Shown: positions 54,889-64,000, numbered from the stretch's first letter. The stretch: 64,000 bases of DNA from Clostridia bacterium (GCA_017505785.1 JAFVOQ010000020.1:13489-77488); one strand, 5' to 3'. The notes: generated by a model not told the origin, from the letters alone. Numbers and translations are program-made.

Positions 54889-55677
54889 ATGTCAAGTTTA
54901 AAAAATTGTCACCGCTTGGTGGTAAAAATCGGGACCTCGACTCTCACGCACGAGGAGGGGCATCTCAACCTGCGCCGCATAGAGGCACTGGTAAAAATTT
55001 TGTCTGATTTTAAAAATGCGGGTCAGCAGATCGTGCTGGTATCCTCGGGAGCTGTCAGCGCGGGCGTGGCACGACTTGGCACACATCGCCCCACCTGTAC
55101 CAAGGAAAAGCAGGCAATGGCGGCAGTGGGACAGAGCGAGCTGATGAAGCTTTACTCCCGTTTTTTCTCGGACTACGGACACACCGTTGCGCAAATGCTT
55201 CTCACGAAGGACGTGATCGATAATCCCGTTCGCCGCGCGGCGGCAGAGGATACCTTTGAAACGCTGCTTCGGATGGGTTGTGTGCCGATCGTCAATGAAA
55301 ATGACTGTATTTCCACCACCGAGCTAAACTTTGGCGGTAACGATACGCTTTCCGCATACGTGGCGTTGGTGGCGCATGCCGATCTTTTGATCAACCTCTC
55401 CGATGTGGACGGTCTTTATGACAGCGATCCGCGCAAAAACCCGAATGCCAAGCTCATTTCGCGCGTGGATCACATCGATGACAGCGTCCTGCAAATGGCA
55501 GGAGGCGCGGGTACTGCGCGCGGCACGGGCGGAATGGCAACCAAGCTGGAGGCGGCAAAGCTGGTCTGTGAGGCGGGGATCCCGATGTTTATTCTGAACG
55601 GCAAGGATCCGCACGTGCTTTACGAGCTGCTTGACGGTGCTGTTGTCGGTACATACTTTGCGGTAAAGCAGAAATAA
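54889..55677 (+). CDS. proB: glutamate 5-kinase (no PUA domain)
   Basis: 262 aa with RLVVKIGTSTLT…VLVSSGAV…NENDC… motifs. Confidence 0.9.
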   Translation: MSSLKNCHRLVVKIGTSTLTHEEGHLNLRRIEALVKILSDFKNAGQQIVLVSSGAVSAGVARLGTHRPTCTKEKQAMAAVGQSELMKLYSRFFSDYGHTVAQMLLTKDVIDNPVRRAAAEDTFETLLRMGCVPIVNENDCISTTELNFGGNDTLSAYVALVAHADLLINLSDVDGLYDSDPRKNPNAKLISRVDHIDDSVLQMAGGAGTARGTGGMATKLEAAKLVCEAGIPMFILNGKDPHVLYELLDGAVVGTYFAVKQK

Positions 55678-55700
55678 AAGAAGGGGGCTGAGCCATCTGC

Positions 55701-56312
55701 TCACCCCCTACTTTCAATTTTTTGCAATAGCTTAATCAGTGGGAACGCAAGCGTGCAGGCGGCAAAATTGCCAATGCCGTGCAGAATGTCAAAGTAAAAG
55801 CCTGCCGCGATCCAAGCGAGCGCACCTTGAAAATCAAGCCCGAAAAGAAGCGCCTGTGACGGGGCGCAAAAAACGCCAAACAAAAGACCGTGAAGCGTAC
55901 CCAGCGCGATGTAGATCGGCGCGGCTATTTTGGGGCTCATGCGGCGTGGGAGAAGCATAACGCCCCCCCACAAAATAGCCCAAACATAAAGGTAAGGCAC
56001 CCACCAAGGAGAAAAGCCCTCTAAAAGACCGGTGAGGAAAACGAACACGTAAATAGGCACCAGAGCCTTGATGCGATATACAACGGTAAAGACGATGATG
56101 AAAAGCGCGATCAAATGAATGTTAGGAGCCCATGCAAGAAAGAGCTTCGAGCAGTACATTATGGTGCCAAGCATGGAAAAAACCGTCATTTCCCGTACCG
56201 TTAAGGCGCTTTTTCTGCGTTTTTTGCTGTTTTTCACCACAGGGCGAGCCTGTTCCGAGGGCTCGCCCGCATGGGTGCTTTGGTTATGTTTCCACATAGT
56301 ATCGCTTACCAC
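55701..56312 (-). CDS. ECF-transporter S-component-like membrane protein (candidate cobalamin-specific)
   Basis: 203 aa with ~6 TM segments. It overlaps the stop of the upstream DUF4430 gene and lies downstream of the putative B12 riboswitch. Substrate is inferred from context only. Confidence 0.55.
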   Translation of the reverse strand: MVSDTMWKHNQSTHAGEPSEQARPVVKNSKKRRKSALTVREMTVFSMLGTIMYCSKLFLAWAPNIHLIALFIIVFTVVYRIKALVPIYVFVFLTGLLEGFSPWWVPYLYVWAILWGGVMLLPRRMSPKIAAPIYIALGTLHGLLFGVFCAPSQALLFGLDFQGALAWIAAGFYFDILHGIGNFAACTLAFPLIKLLQKIESRG

Positions 56313-56740
56313 TCGCTAACCGTTTTGGTAATCTCGTAGCAATCTCCGTCCGAAATGAGGGTTGCTTTCGCACCCATAGTTATCTCGCCACTCTTGGTGA
56401 TCGCCCAGTAGGTCTTATCGGTATCGTAATCGGCTACAATGCCGTTTACCATTTTAATATACATACCGTATCCCTCGATATCCCCATCAATGAGCTCGTG
56501 CTCGACGAGCGCATCTTCGAGGTTTTCCTTATCCGTGTGCAGGGTAAAGGTCAGCTCCTGCCCGTCGGCTATGACCTTTACGGTCACGGTTTTCTCACCC
56601 TTACCAAACTCGGTATCGCGCACATACGTGGCAGTTTCCCAGTCGCCTGTTTTATCAACGTCGGCGCATGCGACAAGAGCCAAAGCCGCGAGAAGTGCCA
56701 GCAGCACGAGCAATATACGGCTCAAAATTTGCTTTTTCAT
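56306..56740 (-). CDS. DUF4430-like lipoprotein
   Basis: 144 aa with a signal peptide and lipobox LALVAC. The sequence style (…TFTLHTDKENLEDALVEHELIDG…YIKMVNGIVADYDTDKTYWAI…) resembles DUF4430. Confidence 0.65.
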   Translation of the reverse strand: MKKQILSRILLVLLALLAALALVACADVDKTGDWETATYVRDTEFGKGEKTVTVKVIADGQELTFTLHTDKENLEDALVEHELIDGDIEGYGMYIKMVNGIVADYDTDKTYWAITKSGEITMGAKATLISDGDCYEITKTVSEW

Positions 56741-56784
56741 TTTTTATTCCTCTTTTCGTTTGTTTTAATACAATCAAACGAAAG

Positions 56785-57060
56785 CAAAAGCACCCCCCAA
56801 AACGGAAAACCGCTTTGAGGGGTACGACAAAAAACAAGCATCGGAACAATTGCTTGCAAAACGCCATACCCCCCAAATACCCGGGGATACCTTGCGGCAC
56901 AAGACGATGAGCATTCCGACTGGGGGCGTGCGCCCGTAACGGCAATGGCTGTTGCGACGGATTTGCACCGTACTTTCCTCATCCCCGCAAAAAGGCTTGC
57001 GGTTGCGCGATGATGCCAAGGAATGACAGCCCGCGCCGAATTGTGTTTCATTTATTTGTA
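56785..57060 (-). promoter_or_regulatory. probable cobalamin riboswitch with a terminator expression platform
   Basis: The minus strand reads GGGGATGAGGAAAGTACGGTGCAAATCCGTCGCAACAGCC…CCGTTACGGG…CCAGTCGGAATGCTCATCG. The GGTGCAAATCC core and the B12-box-like AGTCGGAATGC are present, and CTCATC pairs with GATGAG. A 13-bp hairpin CCCCTCAAAGCGG-tttt-CCGTTTTGGGGGG followed by a U-rich tract comes next. Confidence 0.6.
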
Positions 57061-57067
57061 CGGTGCT

Positions 57068-57096
57068 ATTGTAGCACGAATTTTGTAATTTGTCAA
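57068..57096 (-). promoter_or_regulatory. promoter of the riboswitch-controlled operon
   Basis: The minus strand reads TTGACA-N17-TACAAT and overlaps the 3' end of the HAD gene. Confidence 0.5.
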
Positions 57097-57935
57097 TAAA
57101 AAAGGTGTTTTTGCGAAAGGTAATGGCGCAAAATATAAGGAACGGCATGATCGGTATTTTTGCAGATCACCGCATCGGCAATGCTTTTTAGCTCGGGGCA
57201 GGCATTTTCCATGGCGAGCCCAAGCCCTGCCTTTAAGATCATGTCGCTGTCGTTGGTACTGTCGCCGACCGCAATCGTTTGTGCACGGTCGATCCCAAGC
57301 TGTGCCGCAAGGTGCAAAAGGGCGTTGCCCTTGCCCGCCTTTTTTGAGAAAATTTCAAGATTCGCATCGGCGGTCGAGGCAAGCTGCACGCTTTCAAGCG
57401 CGGCAAGCCTTTCGGCAGCCTCGGCGCGCTCATCGGCGTTTGCAAAAAAGGGGCAGATCATCTCGGTTTGCGTCGCCTCACGGCAAAAGCCTTTGAAATT
57501 TTCTTTTGGAACACCGTAGGTGTAAAAGAAATAACGCCATGCGCTATTTGCATGATGTGCGATATAGTCCGCGTCGTTGTGTGTTGCCGCATCCACGTAG
57601 CAGCTGCCGTCCTTGCGCAGGGTGAGGGAAGTATCGTAGTCGTCAAGAATATCCAGCACCTGATTTGACACCTCGTTTTCCATACAAAGTGAGAGGCGTG
57701 TATTGTTTTTCTTGTCATAGATCGCCGCACCGTCAGAGCAGATAATATACTGCACCGCGGGGTGCTCGCGGAGCTCCTTCGGGATCTCGGAATAGGTTCT
57801 GCCTGTGTTTATCACAAACAAGCACCCGCGCGCGGTGAGCGCGCGCATGGCACGGTCGTTTTCTTCACTTACGTGCTTGCCGTGGTCAAACAGCGTGCCG
57901 TCAAGATCGCAGGATAAAATTTTGTAGCTTGGCAT
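57093..57935 (-). CDS. Cof-type HAD-IIB hydrolase
   Basis: ATG at 57935 (MPSYKILSCDLDGTLF…) after AGGAG. The C-terminal motif GDSTNDSDM is present. Confidence 0.85.
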   Translation of the reverse strand: MPSYKILSCDLDGTLFDHGKHVSEENDRAMRALTARGCLFVINTGRTYSEIPKELREHPAVQYIICSDGAAIYDKKNNTRLSLCMENEVSNQVLDILDDYDTSLTLRKDGSCYVDAATHNDADYIAHHANSAWRYFFYTYGVPKENFKGFCREATQTEMICPFFANADERAEAAERLAALESVQLASTADANLEIFSKKAGKGNALLHLAAQLGIDRAQTIAVGDSTNDSDMILKAGLGLAMENACPELKSIADAVICKNTDHAVPYILRHYLSQKHLFY

Positions 57936-58069
57936 GGTATGCTCCTTTCCTGCCAATTATACCATTTTTCGAGGTTGTCTGTCAACGATAATTGTTTGAC
58001 GCAATTGCCAAAATATGATATACTGAAGACAAGAAATTTGTTTGTGTGCAGTAGAGTAAGGAGAACGAT

Positions 58070-58966
58070 ATGATCTACACGGTAACACTGAATCCTGCGC
58101 TTGATTACACGGTTTGGGTCTCGGATTTTGAGGCGGATAAAACCAACCGCGCCGAGCGCGAGATGCTGCTTTTTGGCGGAAAGGGCATCAATGTTTCGGC
58201 TGTGCTTTCGGCACTCGGTGAGCCTACGGTGGCACTGGGGTTTGTCGCGGGCGTGACGGGAGAGGCACTCTGTGCGCTCTTGCGCGACGCGTGCGTTGCC
58301 GAGGAGTTTATCCGCTTGCCCGAAGGGCAAACACGCATTAACGTAAAATTAAAGGCGACAAAGGAGTGCGAGATCAACGCGGGAGGTCCTGCTGTACCGC
58401 CCTCTGCCATTACAGCCCTGCTTCGCAAGCTGGACGTGCTGCGCGCAGGGGATACCTTGGTGCTTGCGGGGAGCGTGCCGCGCTCGGTCCCCACCGATAT
58501 TTACGAGCAAATGCTTTTGCAAATAAGAGGGCGCGATATTCGCGTGGTGGTGGATGCCGAAAGGGCATTGCTATTGCCGATCTTGCCCTACCGCCCCTTT
58601 CTTATCAAGCCAAATTTGCGTGAGCTTTGTGATATGGTGGGGCAGGAGCTTACGGGTGAGTTGGAGATCGCACAGGCGGCAAGGGAGCTGCAGCAAGCCG
58701 GCGCACAAAACGTGCTTGTTTCGCTTGGTGGGCAAGGGGCTTTGTTGCTTGATGGGCATGGCAGGGTACACCGTGCACCTGCCGTTGGCGGCGCGCCGGT
58801 AAACACCGTAGGTGCAGGAGATTCGATGATCGCGGGCTTTCTTTGCGGCGTCAAAAAAGGATATGCGCACGGCCTTCGCATGGGGCTTGCCGCCGGCGGA
58901 GCCACGGCATGCAAGGCAGGGCTTGCCACAGGTGAGGAGATCGCAGGGCTGATGCGAGAAGGATAG
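58070..58966 (+). CDS. pfkB-family sugar-phosphate kinase (1-phosphofructokinase-like)
   Basis: 298 aa with MIYTVTLNPALDYT…GGKGINV…GAGDSMIAGF. Confidence 0.8.
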   Translation: MIYTVTLNPALDYTVWVSDFEADKTNRAEREMLLFGGKGINVSAVLSALGEPTVALGFVAGVTGEALCALLRDACVAEEFIRLPEGQTRINVKLKATKECEINAGGPAVPPSAITALLRKLDVLRAGDTLVLAGSVPRSVPTDIYEQMLLQIRGRDIRVVVDAERALLLPILPYRPFLIKPNLRELCDMVGQELTGELEIAQAARELQQAGAQNVLVSLGGQGALLLDGHGRVHRAPAVGGAPVNTVGAGDSMIAGFLCGVKKGYAHGLRMGLAAGGATACKAGLATGEEIAGLMREG

Positions 58967-59188
58967 ATCGGTTTTCCTTTTATTTTGATCATAAACACAA
59001 AAAGCACAGCTTGACCTTGGGGCGGCTGTGCTTTTTGCGCGCTGTTATTTGTAAAAAAATGCAATCTTGACAAAAGCAAAAAGCAATATTATAATAAAAA
59101 TACATAATTTATGTTAAATAACAGCTATCTTAGGGAATTAGCTTTTTGATTGTATATTTGACACAAACTGTTCAAACGGAGGTGTATT

Positions 59189-61015
59189 ATGAGTCAAAAA
59201 CCCCGCAAGCGACCAGGTATGGCGAATGATGTTGCGCTTGCATCGATCGGGTGTATTGTGGCAAGTGCCATACTACTTATCGTGCTGCGTTATCAAACAT
59301 ATTTTCAACCCTTCCTGCTGCTCGCATTGCTCCTTTTACTGCCGGCGGCAATCAATCTTTGCTTGCTGATCCCACGCCAAAGAGGAGAAAAAGCCAAACC
59401 GTCTGTGCCCGAAGCCGAAATATCCGGCGACGAGGAGGGGTTGGCCAAGGACAAGTCAAGAAAAGGATTTGGCTTGGCACTGAAGCGTGGCGTGGCACGT
59501 GTCGCACGCGCACTGGCGCGCTTTGCGGTACGCAATCGCACAAGCCTGGTGGCTTTGCTGATCGTTTTTGTTACGGTAGCGGCAAACGTTTGCTTTTGGC
59601 TGTTTGCACGCGGCACCTCTTACACCAATCGATTGAGTTATTTTGCACTTGTGATCGTTGCGGCATTTTTTGTGCTGTTTATCGTGTTCGGCAAATGGTG
59701 CAAGCATCGCACCCTACGGTTTTCGGAGGAAGCAAGCGACGGTAAGACTGTGCGATACAGCATCGCCTTGCTGCGCAATCTGCAAAGTGCGTTTGCGCTG
59801 GCGCGCCTTGCGCTCCTGCTCACGGCTGCCACCATACTGCTAAATCTGCTTGGCTCGTATGATCTTTCCAAATGGCTCACGCTTGCGTTGGCGGTGCTCT
59901 TTGCGTATAAAACAGTGTTTATGATGATCTCGCTGTTTGTTGTGTCGGTCAGACACGAGCTTGCGACCGCACCCGAGATCATGGCTCCGGCGCCGGGAGT
60001 CGAGGGCGGAAGCCTCGGTATTCTTACATATCTTGAGAAAAACACGGGCATCAGCATGCGCTCGCTTTGGAGCATACAGATGATCAAGCAGGCGTTGCCC
60101 TATGCCGCGCTTGGCGCGGTGCTGCTGCTGTGGGGCGTGAGTGGCGTTGTGCTGGTCAACTCCAATCAGGAGGCGGCGCACTACCGCTTTGGAAAGCTGC
60201 AAGAGGAAACACTCTCCCCCGGGCTTCATCTCACGCTTCCTTGGCCCTTTGATAAGGTGGAGGTCTACGACACCAAGACCGTGAGTCAAATGACGGTTGG
60301 TTATATTTCCGAGGAGAACGCTGATAACTTCTGGACCGAAGCGCACGGTAGCGATGAGTATCGCTTGCTGCTTGGCGGTGGCAATGAGCTGGTTTCGATC
60401 AATCTGCGCGTGATGTACCGCATTTGTGATCTGCGCGCCTATCTTACCACCAGTGCGGCACCCGAGTTCCTTATGAGCGCGGCATCCTATGAGATCGTGA
60501 CGGCGCGCACCATTACAAGTGATCTTGATACCATGCTTTCGGGTGATCGTGCGGTGTTTGCCGAAACCTTCCGCGAGGAGCTCAGCGCATACATGGCGCA
60601 ATACAACACCGGCCTTGAGGTGGTCAGTGTGGTACTGGAAAGTATTCATCCGCCTGTGGAGGTCGCCGATGCGTATCAAGCACTGATCAGTGCCGAGATC
60701 GAAGCGGATAAAATTTTGATCGACGCACAGGCGTACAAGGGCGAACGCATTGCCTGGGCGTGGGTGGATTACGACAGTCAGGTGGCACTGGCAAATATCG
60801 AGAGCTATGATGCGATCGCTGCGGCTAAGAGCTCGGTTGCAGAGTTCCTTGCAAGCGTTGAAGCGGATAAGAACTACCCCGAGGACTATCGCTACTATAA
60901 GTACATGAAAGCCATTTCCGAGGCGTATTCGGATGCAAAGATCGTGATCGTTGGAAACGGTGTGAACGAGGAAAATATTTACATCGGAAGTCTTACTTCC
61001 GGTGGCAAGGAGTGA
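59189..61015 (+). CDS. polytopic membrane protein with a C-terminal SPFH/band-7 (HflK-like) domain
   Basis: 608 aa. The N-terminal ~300 aa contain ~6 TM segments. They are followed by …SPGLHLTLPWPFDKVEVYDTKT… and an SPFH-type helical tail. Confidence 0.75.
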   Translation: MSQKPRKRPGMANDVALASIGCIVASAILLIVLRYQTYFQPFLLLALLLLLPAAINLCLLIPRQRGEKAKPSVPEAEISGDEEGLAKDKSRKGFGLALKRGVARVARALARFAVRNRTSLVALLIVFVTVAANVCFWLFARGTSYTNRLSYFALVIVAAFFVLFIVFGKWCKHRTLRFSEEASDGKTVRYSIALLRNLQSAFALARLALLLTAATILLNLLGSYDLSKWLTLALAVLFAYKTVFMMISLFVVSVRHELATAPEIMAPAPGVEGGSLGILTYLEKNTGISMRSLWSIQMIKQALPYAALGAVLLLWGVSGVVLVNSNQEAAHYRFGKLQEETLSPGLHLTLPWPFDKVEVYDTKTVSQMTVGYISEENADNFWTEAHGSDEYRLLLGGGNELVSINLRVMYRICDLRAYLTTSAAPEFLMSAASYEIVTARTITSDLDTMLSGDRAVFAETFREELSAYMAQYNTGLEVVSVVLESIHPPVEVADAYQALISAEIEADKILIDAQAYKGERIAWAWVDYDSQVALANIESYDAIAAAKSSVAEFLASVEADKNYPEDYRYYKYMKAISEAYSDAKIVIVGNGVNEENIYIGSLTSGGKE

Positions 61016-61025
61016 GGGCTTTATC

Positions 61026-62147
61026 ATGAGCAAAAAAAGAATAAATGATAAAAAAGAGCCGATCGCCGCGGGTGCTGTGCAGGCATCGGTTGAAAAGAAG
61101 GCAGGCGCTGCCGGCGTGATGAGCAGAGTGGCAAAATATTTGACCGCTGCCATTGTGCTGCTGGTGCTCTTTTGGTTTGGATTTACCTACGAGGTGCGAG
61201 AGGGTAGCTGTGCTGTGGTGCTGCGCTTTGGTGCGGTGCGTGCCGAAACCGAGGAGGCAGGGCTTTACATGAAGCTGCCCTGGCCCTTTGAAACTGTTGT
61301 AACATACGATGATCGCCTTATCACGCTTGAATCGAACCGACTTGAAACGACGACAAAGGATAAGCGCAACATCATTTTGCAATCCTACGCTGTATGGGAG
61401 ATCGATGACCCCGTGCTTTATCACAACAGCGTGGGTGCCGCAGGCGTAGCGGAAGAGTATATTCAGGCGCAGATCTTCAGTGCTACCAACAGCACGCTTG
61501 GCGCATATGAGCTGACGTCGCTTGTTTCGCTTGAAAAGGAAGACGTTAAGATCGACGAGATCCAAAACGAGATCTTTACCCGTGTGAAGGAAAACTGCCT
61601 TGCCAATTACGGCATTAACGTGGTTGATGTGAGCATTTTGCGCCTTTCGCTCCCCGATCAAAACCTGAGTGCGGTATTTGAGCAGATGCGCGCAGACCGC
61701 GAAAAGGATATTGATATCATACTTGCAGAGGCTGAAAAGCAGGCGAATAAGATCACTTCGGGCGCGGATACCGAGGCCTCCGAGATCATCAATCAGGGTG
61801 TGACCGATGCGGCTGCGATCAAGGCAAAGACCGAAACCGAGGTTGCCAAGATCTATGCCGATGCGCAAGCTGCGAACATCGAGCTTTACAAATTCCTTAA
61901 AAATTTGGATACGGTGGTATCCTCTGTCAACAGCTCTACCATTTTGGTGGTAAAGGCAAACGAATATCCCTTTAACATTTTGACCGAGTACTCGAAAAAC
62001 ATGGAGATCGAGGGCGATCAGACTGTGATCAAGGATCTTACCTATATCCTTAGCAAGCTGCCCGAGGCAGATCGCGAGGCACTCATCAACGGTATTGCCG
62101 CGCTCATTGAAGATGCGGCGGCAGATAACGGCATTACCATGCCGTAA
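61026..62147 (+). CDS. SPFH/band-7 family protein (HflC-like)
   Basis: ATG at 61026, with one N-terminal TM helix. The sequence reads VREGSCAVVLRFGAV…GLYMKLPWPFETVV… plus a coiled-coil region. Confidence 0.8.
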   Translation: MSKKRINDKKEPIAAGAVQASVEKKAGAAGVMSRVAKYLTAAIVLLVLFWFGFTYEVREGSCAVVLRFGAVRAETEEAGLYMKLPWPFETVVTYDDRLITLESNRLETTTKDKRNIILQSYAVWEIDDPVLYHNSVGAAGVAEEYIQAQIFSATNSTLGAYELTSLVSLEKEDVKIDEIQNEIFTRVKENCLANYGINVVDVSILRLSLPDQNLSAVFEQMRADREKDIDIILAEAEKQANKITSGADTEASEIINQGVTDAAAIKAKTETEVAKIYADAQAANIELYKFLKNLDTVVSSVNSSTILVVKANEYPFNILTEYSKNMEIEGDQTVIKDLTYILSKLPEADREALINGIAALIEDAAADNGITMP

Positions 62148-62158
62148 GGAGAGCGTGT

Positions 62159-63103
62159 ATGAAGCAAAAAACATTATTTGCGGACGTTCTCGAAACAGTC
62201 ACCAAGTATTTTTTGATACTGGTCGTTCTCGTGGTCGTCGGCATATTCTTCTCCGGCTTGCGCGTGGTCGAAACCGGCAACGTGGCTGTGGTGCTGCGCT
62301 TTGGCAGGCTGGTAGGAGATACGTACGAGGAGCAGGTGAGTGAGCCGGGGCTCATGTTTGCCTTCCCTTATATCATCGATGAAGTGATCATGGTTCCGAC
62401 GGGTAGGGTTATGGAGCAAACGGTCACCACGCACTATACCGATCCTATGGAAGCCACAACCACGCTTGACGGCGGATACGTGATCACGGGCGATCAGAAC
62501 ATTGCCGTGGTGGCGGCTTCTGTGAAATACGTCATTTCAGATCCCGTAGCGTATGCACTGTACGTCAAGGATATTTCCTCCCTGATAGACAGGTCTGTCA
62601 GCTCCGCCATGCTAAACGAAGCGGCGCGTATTAACGTTGACAACCTGCTCACCGACGGCAAGGATGCTTATGCCAAGGCGGTTTTGGGGCGCGCACAGGA
62701 GAAGCTTGCCGCAATGGGCGCGGGCGTTACGCTTACTACCGTAGAGCTGACGAATGTCAGTGTGCCCGAGGAGGTGCGCGATGTGTACGAGGCGGTCAAT
62801 TCCGCTACCGTGCAGGCTACGACCATTGTGGAGCGTGCCAATCAGTATAAAGCCGGACTGATGCTGAAGGCAGAGGCTGAAGCAACAACACTGATCGCTG
62901 AGGCAAACGCAGAGTTTTCAAGAAATGTTGCGGCGGCAAACAAGGATCTTGCCGAGTTTTGGGGCGTGCTTGAGGAATACGAGCTCCGACCCGAGGTTGT
63001 AAAAACGCGCATCTATTCTGCCAAATCCATTGCCTTTATGGAAAAGCTGAAAAAGGTCTACGTGGTGCAGGACGGCGATAATAAGATATTTATTGATCCG
63101 TAG
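62159..63103 (+). CDS. SPFH/band-7 family protein (HflK/C-like)
   Basis: 314 aa with one N-terminal TM helix. The sequence reads VETGNVAVVLRFGRLV…GLMFAFPYIIDEV…. Confidence 0.8.
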   Translation: MKQKTLFADVLETVTKYFLILVVLVVVGIFFSGLRVVETGNVAVVLRFGRLVGDTYEEQVSEPGLMFAFPYIIDEVIMVPTGRVMEQTVTTHYTDPMEATTTLDGGYVITGDQNIAVVAASVKYVISDPVAYALYVKDISSLIDRSVSSAMLNEAARINVDNLLTDGKDAYAKAVLGRAQEKLAAMGAGVTLTTVELTNVSVPEEVRDVYEAVNSATVQATTIVERANQYKAGLMLKAEAEATTLIAEANAEFSRNVAAANKDLAEFWGVLEEYELRPEVVKTRIYSAKSIAFMEKLKKVYVVQDGDNKIFIDP

Positions 63104-63115
63104 TGGGGTACACAT

Positions 63116-64000
63116 ATGGAAAATATTGATCATATGGGTCGTAGCAGCTTAGAGGCCCTCTCTCGGGATAATCTTACCGAGAAGGGGCGCAAAAAGCTGA
63201 CAAGAGATATTATATGCGGTCTTGTTACGCTGACTTGTCTTGCGGTGGGTCTGTTTTATACCTACATATTAAAGGGACAGCATGAGATCGTACCGCGACT
63301 GCTGTATTTTATGGGTGTGCTCATTGAGGGCGTGCCTGTGATCGCGGCAGGTGTGAAGGGTATTTTTACAAAAAACTTGACGAATGCCATGGAGATCCTG
63401 GTGGGCATTGCGATCATTGCTTGCGTGTTTGAGCAGGAGCTGATCCTTGGCTTGCTGATCCCGCTGATCCTCAATGTGGTTCATTTGCTTGAGGAGCGCA
63501 GTATTATGGGTGGACGCGATGTCATTGAGGGGCTGAAAAAAATGCAACAGACCACGGCAGTGCTTCTTGCAGACGGCGAGGAGCGCGAGGTGGATGCAAG
63601 AACCCTTACGGTTGGGCAGGAGATCGTAATAAGGCCCGGGTGCTGTATCCCGATCGACGGCGTTGTGGTAAGCGGCGAAACAGACATTGACCAAAAATCC
63701 CTTACCGGTGAGCCGCAGCCCGCACGTGCAGCTGTCGGTGATACGGTATATGCGGGAACGGTCAACCTCACGGGCAGGATCGTGGTGGAGGTAAAGCGCG
63801 CGTATGTGGATACCTCTTTTTCAAAGATCCTGCGCCTGCTTGAGCAATCCGAGGGGATCTCGGTGCCGGAATCTCGCCTGACCGACAGATTTCTTGGGTA
63901 CTATATTCCCTTTGTGCTCGCTGTGGCAGGTGCGGTGGCACTGGTCAGTGCGGATATAGGCAAGGCGATCGCCATTTTGGTGGTTTCCTGCCCCTGTGGG
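63116..64000 (+). CDS. P1B-type heavy-metal-translocating ATPase, N-terminal part (continues beyond the window)
   Basis: Not in the ORF track because it runs off the edge. Hand translation from the ATG at 63116 stays open for 295 codons. It contains the actuator motif DQKSLTGEP and the TM6 motif SCPCG. No N-terminal CxxC HMA domain is visible. Confidence 0.8.
   Translation, partial: MENIDHMGRSSLEALSRDNLTEKGRKKLTRDIICGLVTLTCLAVGLFYTYILKGQHEIVPRLLYFMGVLIEGVPVIAAGVKGIFTKNLTNAMEILVGIAIIACVFEQELILGLLIPLILNVVHLLEERSIMGGRDVIEGLKKMQQTTAVLLADGEEREVDARTLTVGQEIVIRPGCCIPIDGVVVSGETDIDQKSLTGEPQPARAAVGDTVYAGTVNLTGRIVVEVKRAYVDTSFSKILRLLEQSEGISVPESRLTDRFLGYYIPFVLAVAGAVALVSADIGKAIAILVVSCPCG

Noticed and set aside
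59840-62174. Minus-strand ORFs of 437 aa and 393 aa across the SPFH genes
   Set aside because: They are antisense shadows. The plus-strand frames carry SPFH signatures and proper RBSs.
1-64000. Prophage, integrative element or known defence system
   Set aside because: I could not identify an integrase, transposase, recombinase, phage structural gene, restriction-modification, Cas, helicase/nuclease or STAND-ATPase gene in any frame. The only nuclease-fold genes are the small DUF559 and the membrane EEP enzyme.

Overview
This is a GC-rich chromosomal window of Firmicutes/Clostridia type. An Oscillospiraceae-like origin is only a guess from gene content. Most of it is tightly packed housekeeping DNA:
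- rimP-nusA-ylxR-L7Ae-infB, followed by a Nudix gene
- asd
- the conserved holB-ricT-(ferredoxin)-yabB-rsmI block
- a complete glgB-C-D-A-P glycogen operon plus a GH13 enzyme
- aroK, a U32 peptidase with ZapA, proB, a Cof-type HAD hydrolase and a pfkB-family kinase

I found no rRNA, tRNA, CRISPR array, transposase, integrase or recognisable phage-defence gene.

Items of interest, strongest first:
1. An unlisted 46-codon ORF at 32520-32660 encodes a SCIFF-type six-cysteine RiPP precursor. It sits just upstream of its radical-SAM/SPASM maturase, which is translationally coupled to a PLP decarboxylase. The family is described, but the product's function is unknown.
2. A T-box leader whose specifier reads AAC (Asn) lies upstream of an AspRS::GatC fusion ORF, gatA and gatB. 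This would be a hard-wired transamidosome operon. A DUF559 endonuclease cassette sits between the leader and aspS.
3. A surface-glycan operon carries GmhA and a fused heptose-1-P nucleotidyltransferase/GmhB phosphatase, two GT4 enzymes, and a fusion of an O-antigen-ligase-like membrane domain to an NTP_transf_5 domain. No heptose kinase, priming transferase or flippase is present.
4. A single-gene cassette bounded by 25-nt direct repeats encodes a polytopic membrane protein with a C-terminal Cys/Asp tail.
5. An AT-richer XRE-ABC-ABC island with a divergent wHTH gene is bordered by a nested inverted-repeat element.
6. A probable cobalamin riboswitch precedes a DUF4430 lipoprotein and an ECF-S-like membrane protein.
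7. Three consecutive SPFH/band-7 genes lead into a P1B-type ATPase.

Many long ORFs in the supplied track are antisense shadows typical of GC-rich coding DNA, and I rejected them.
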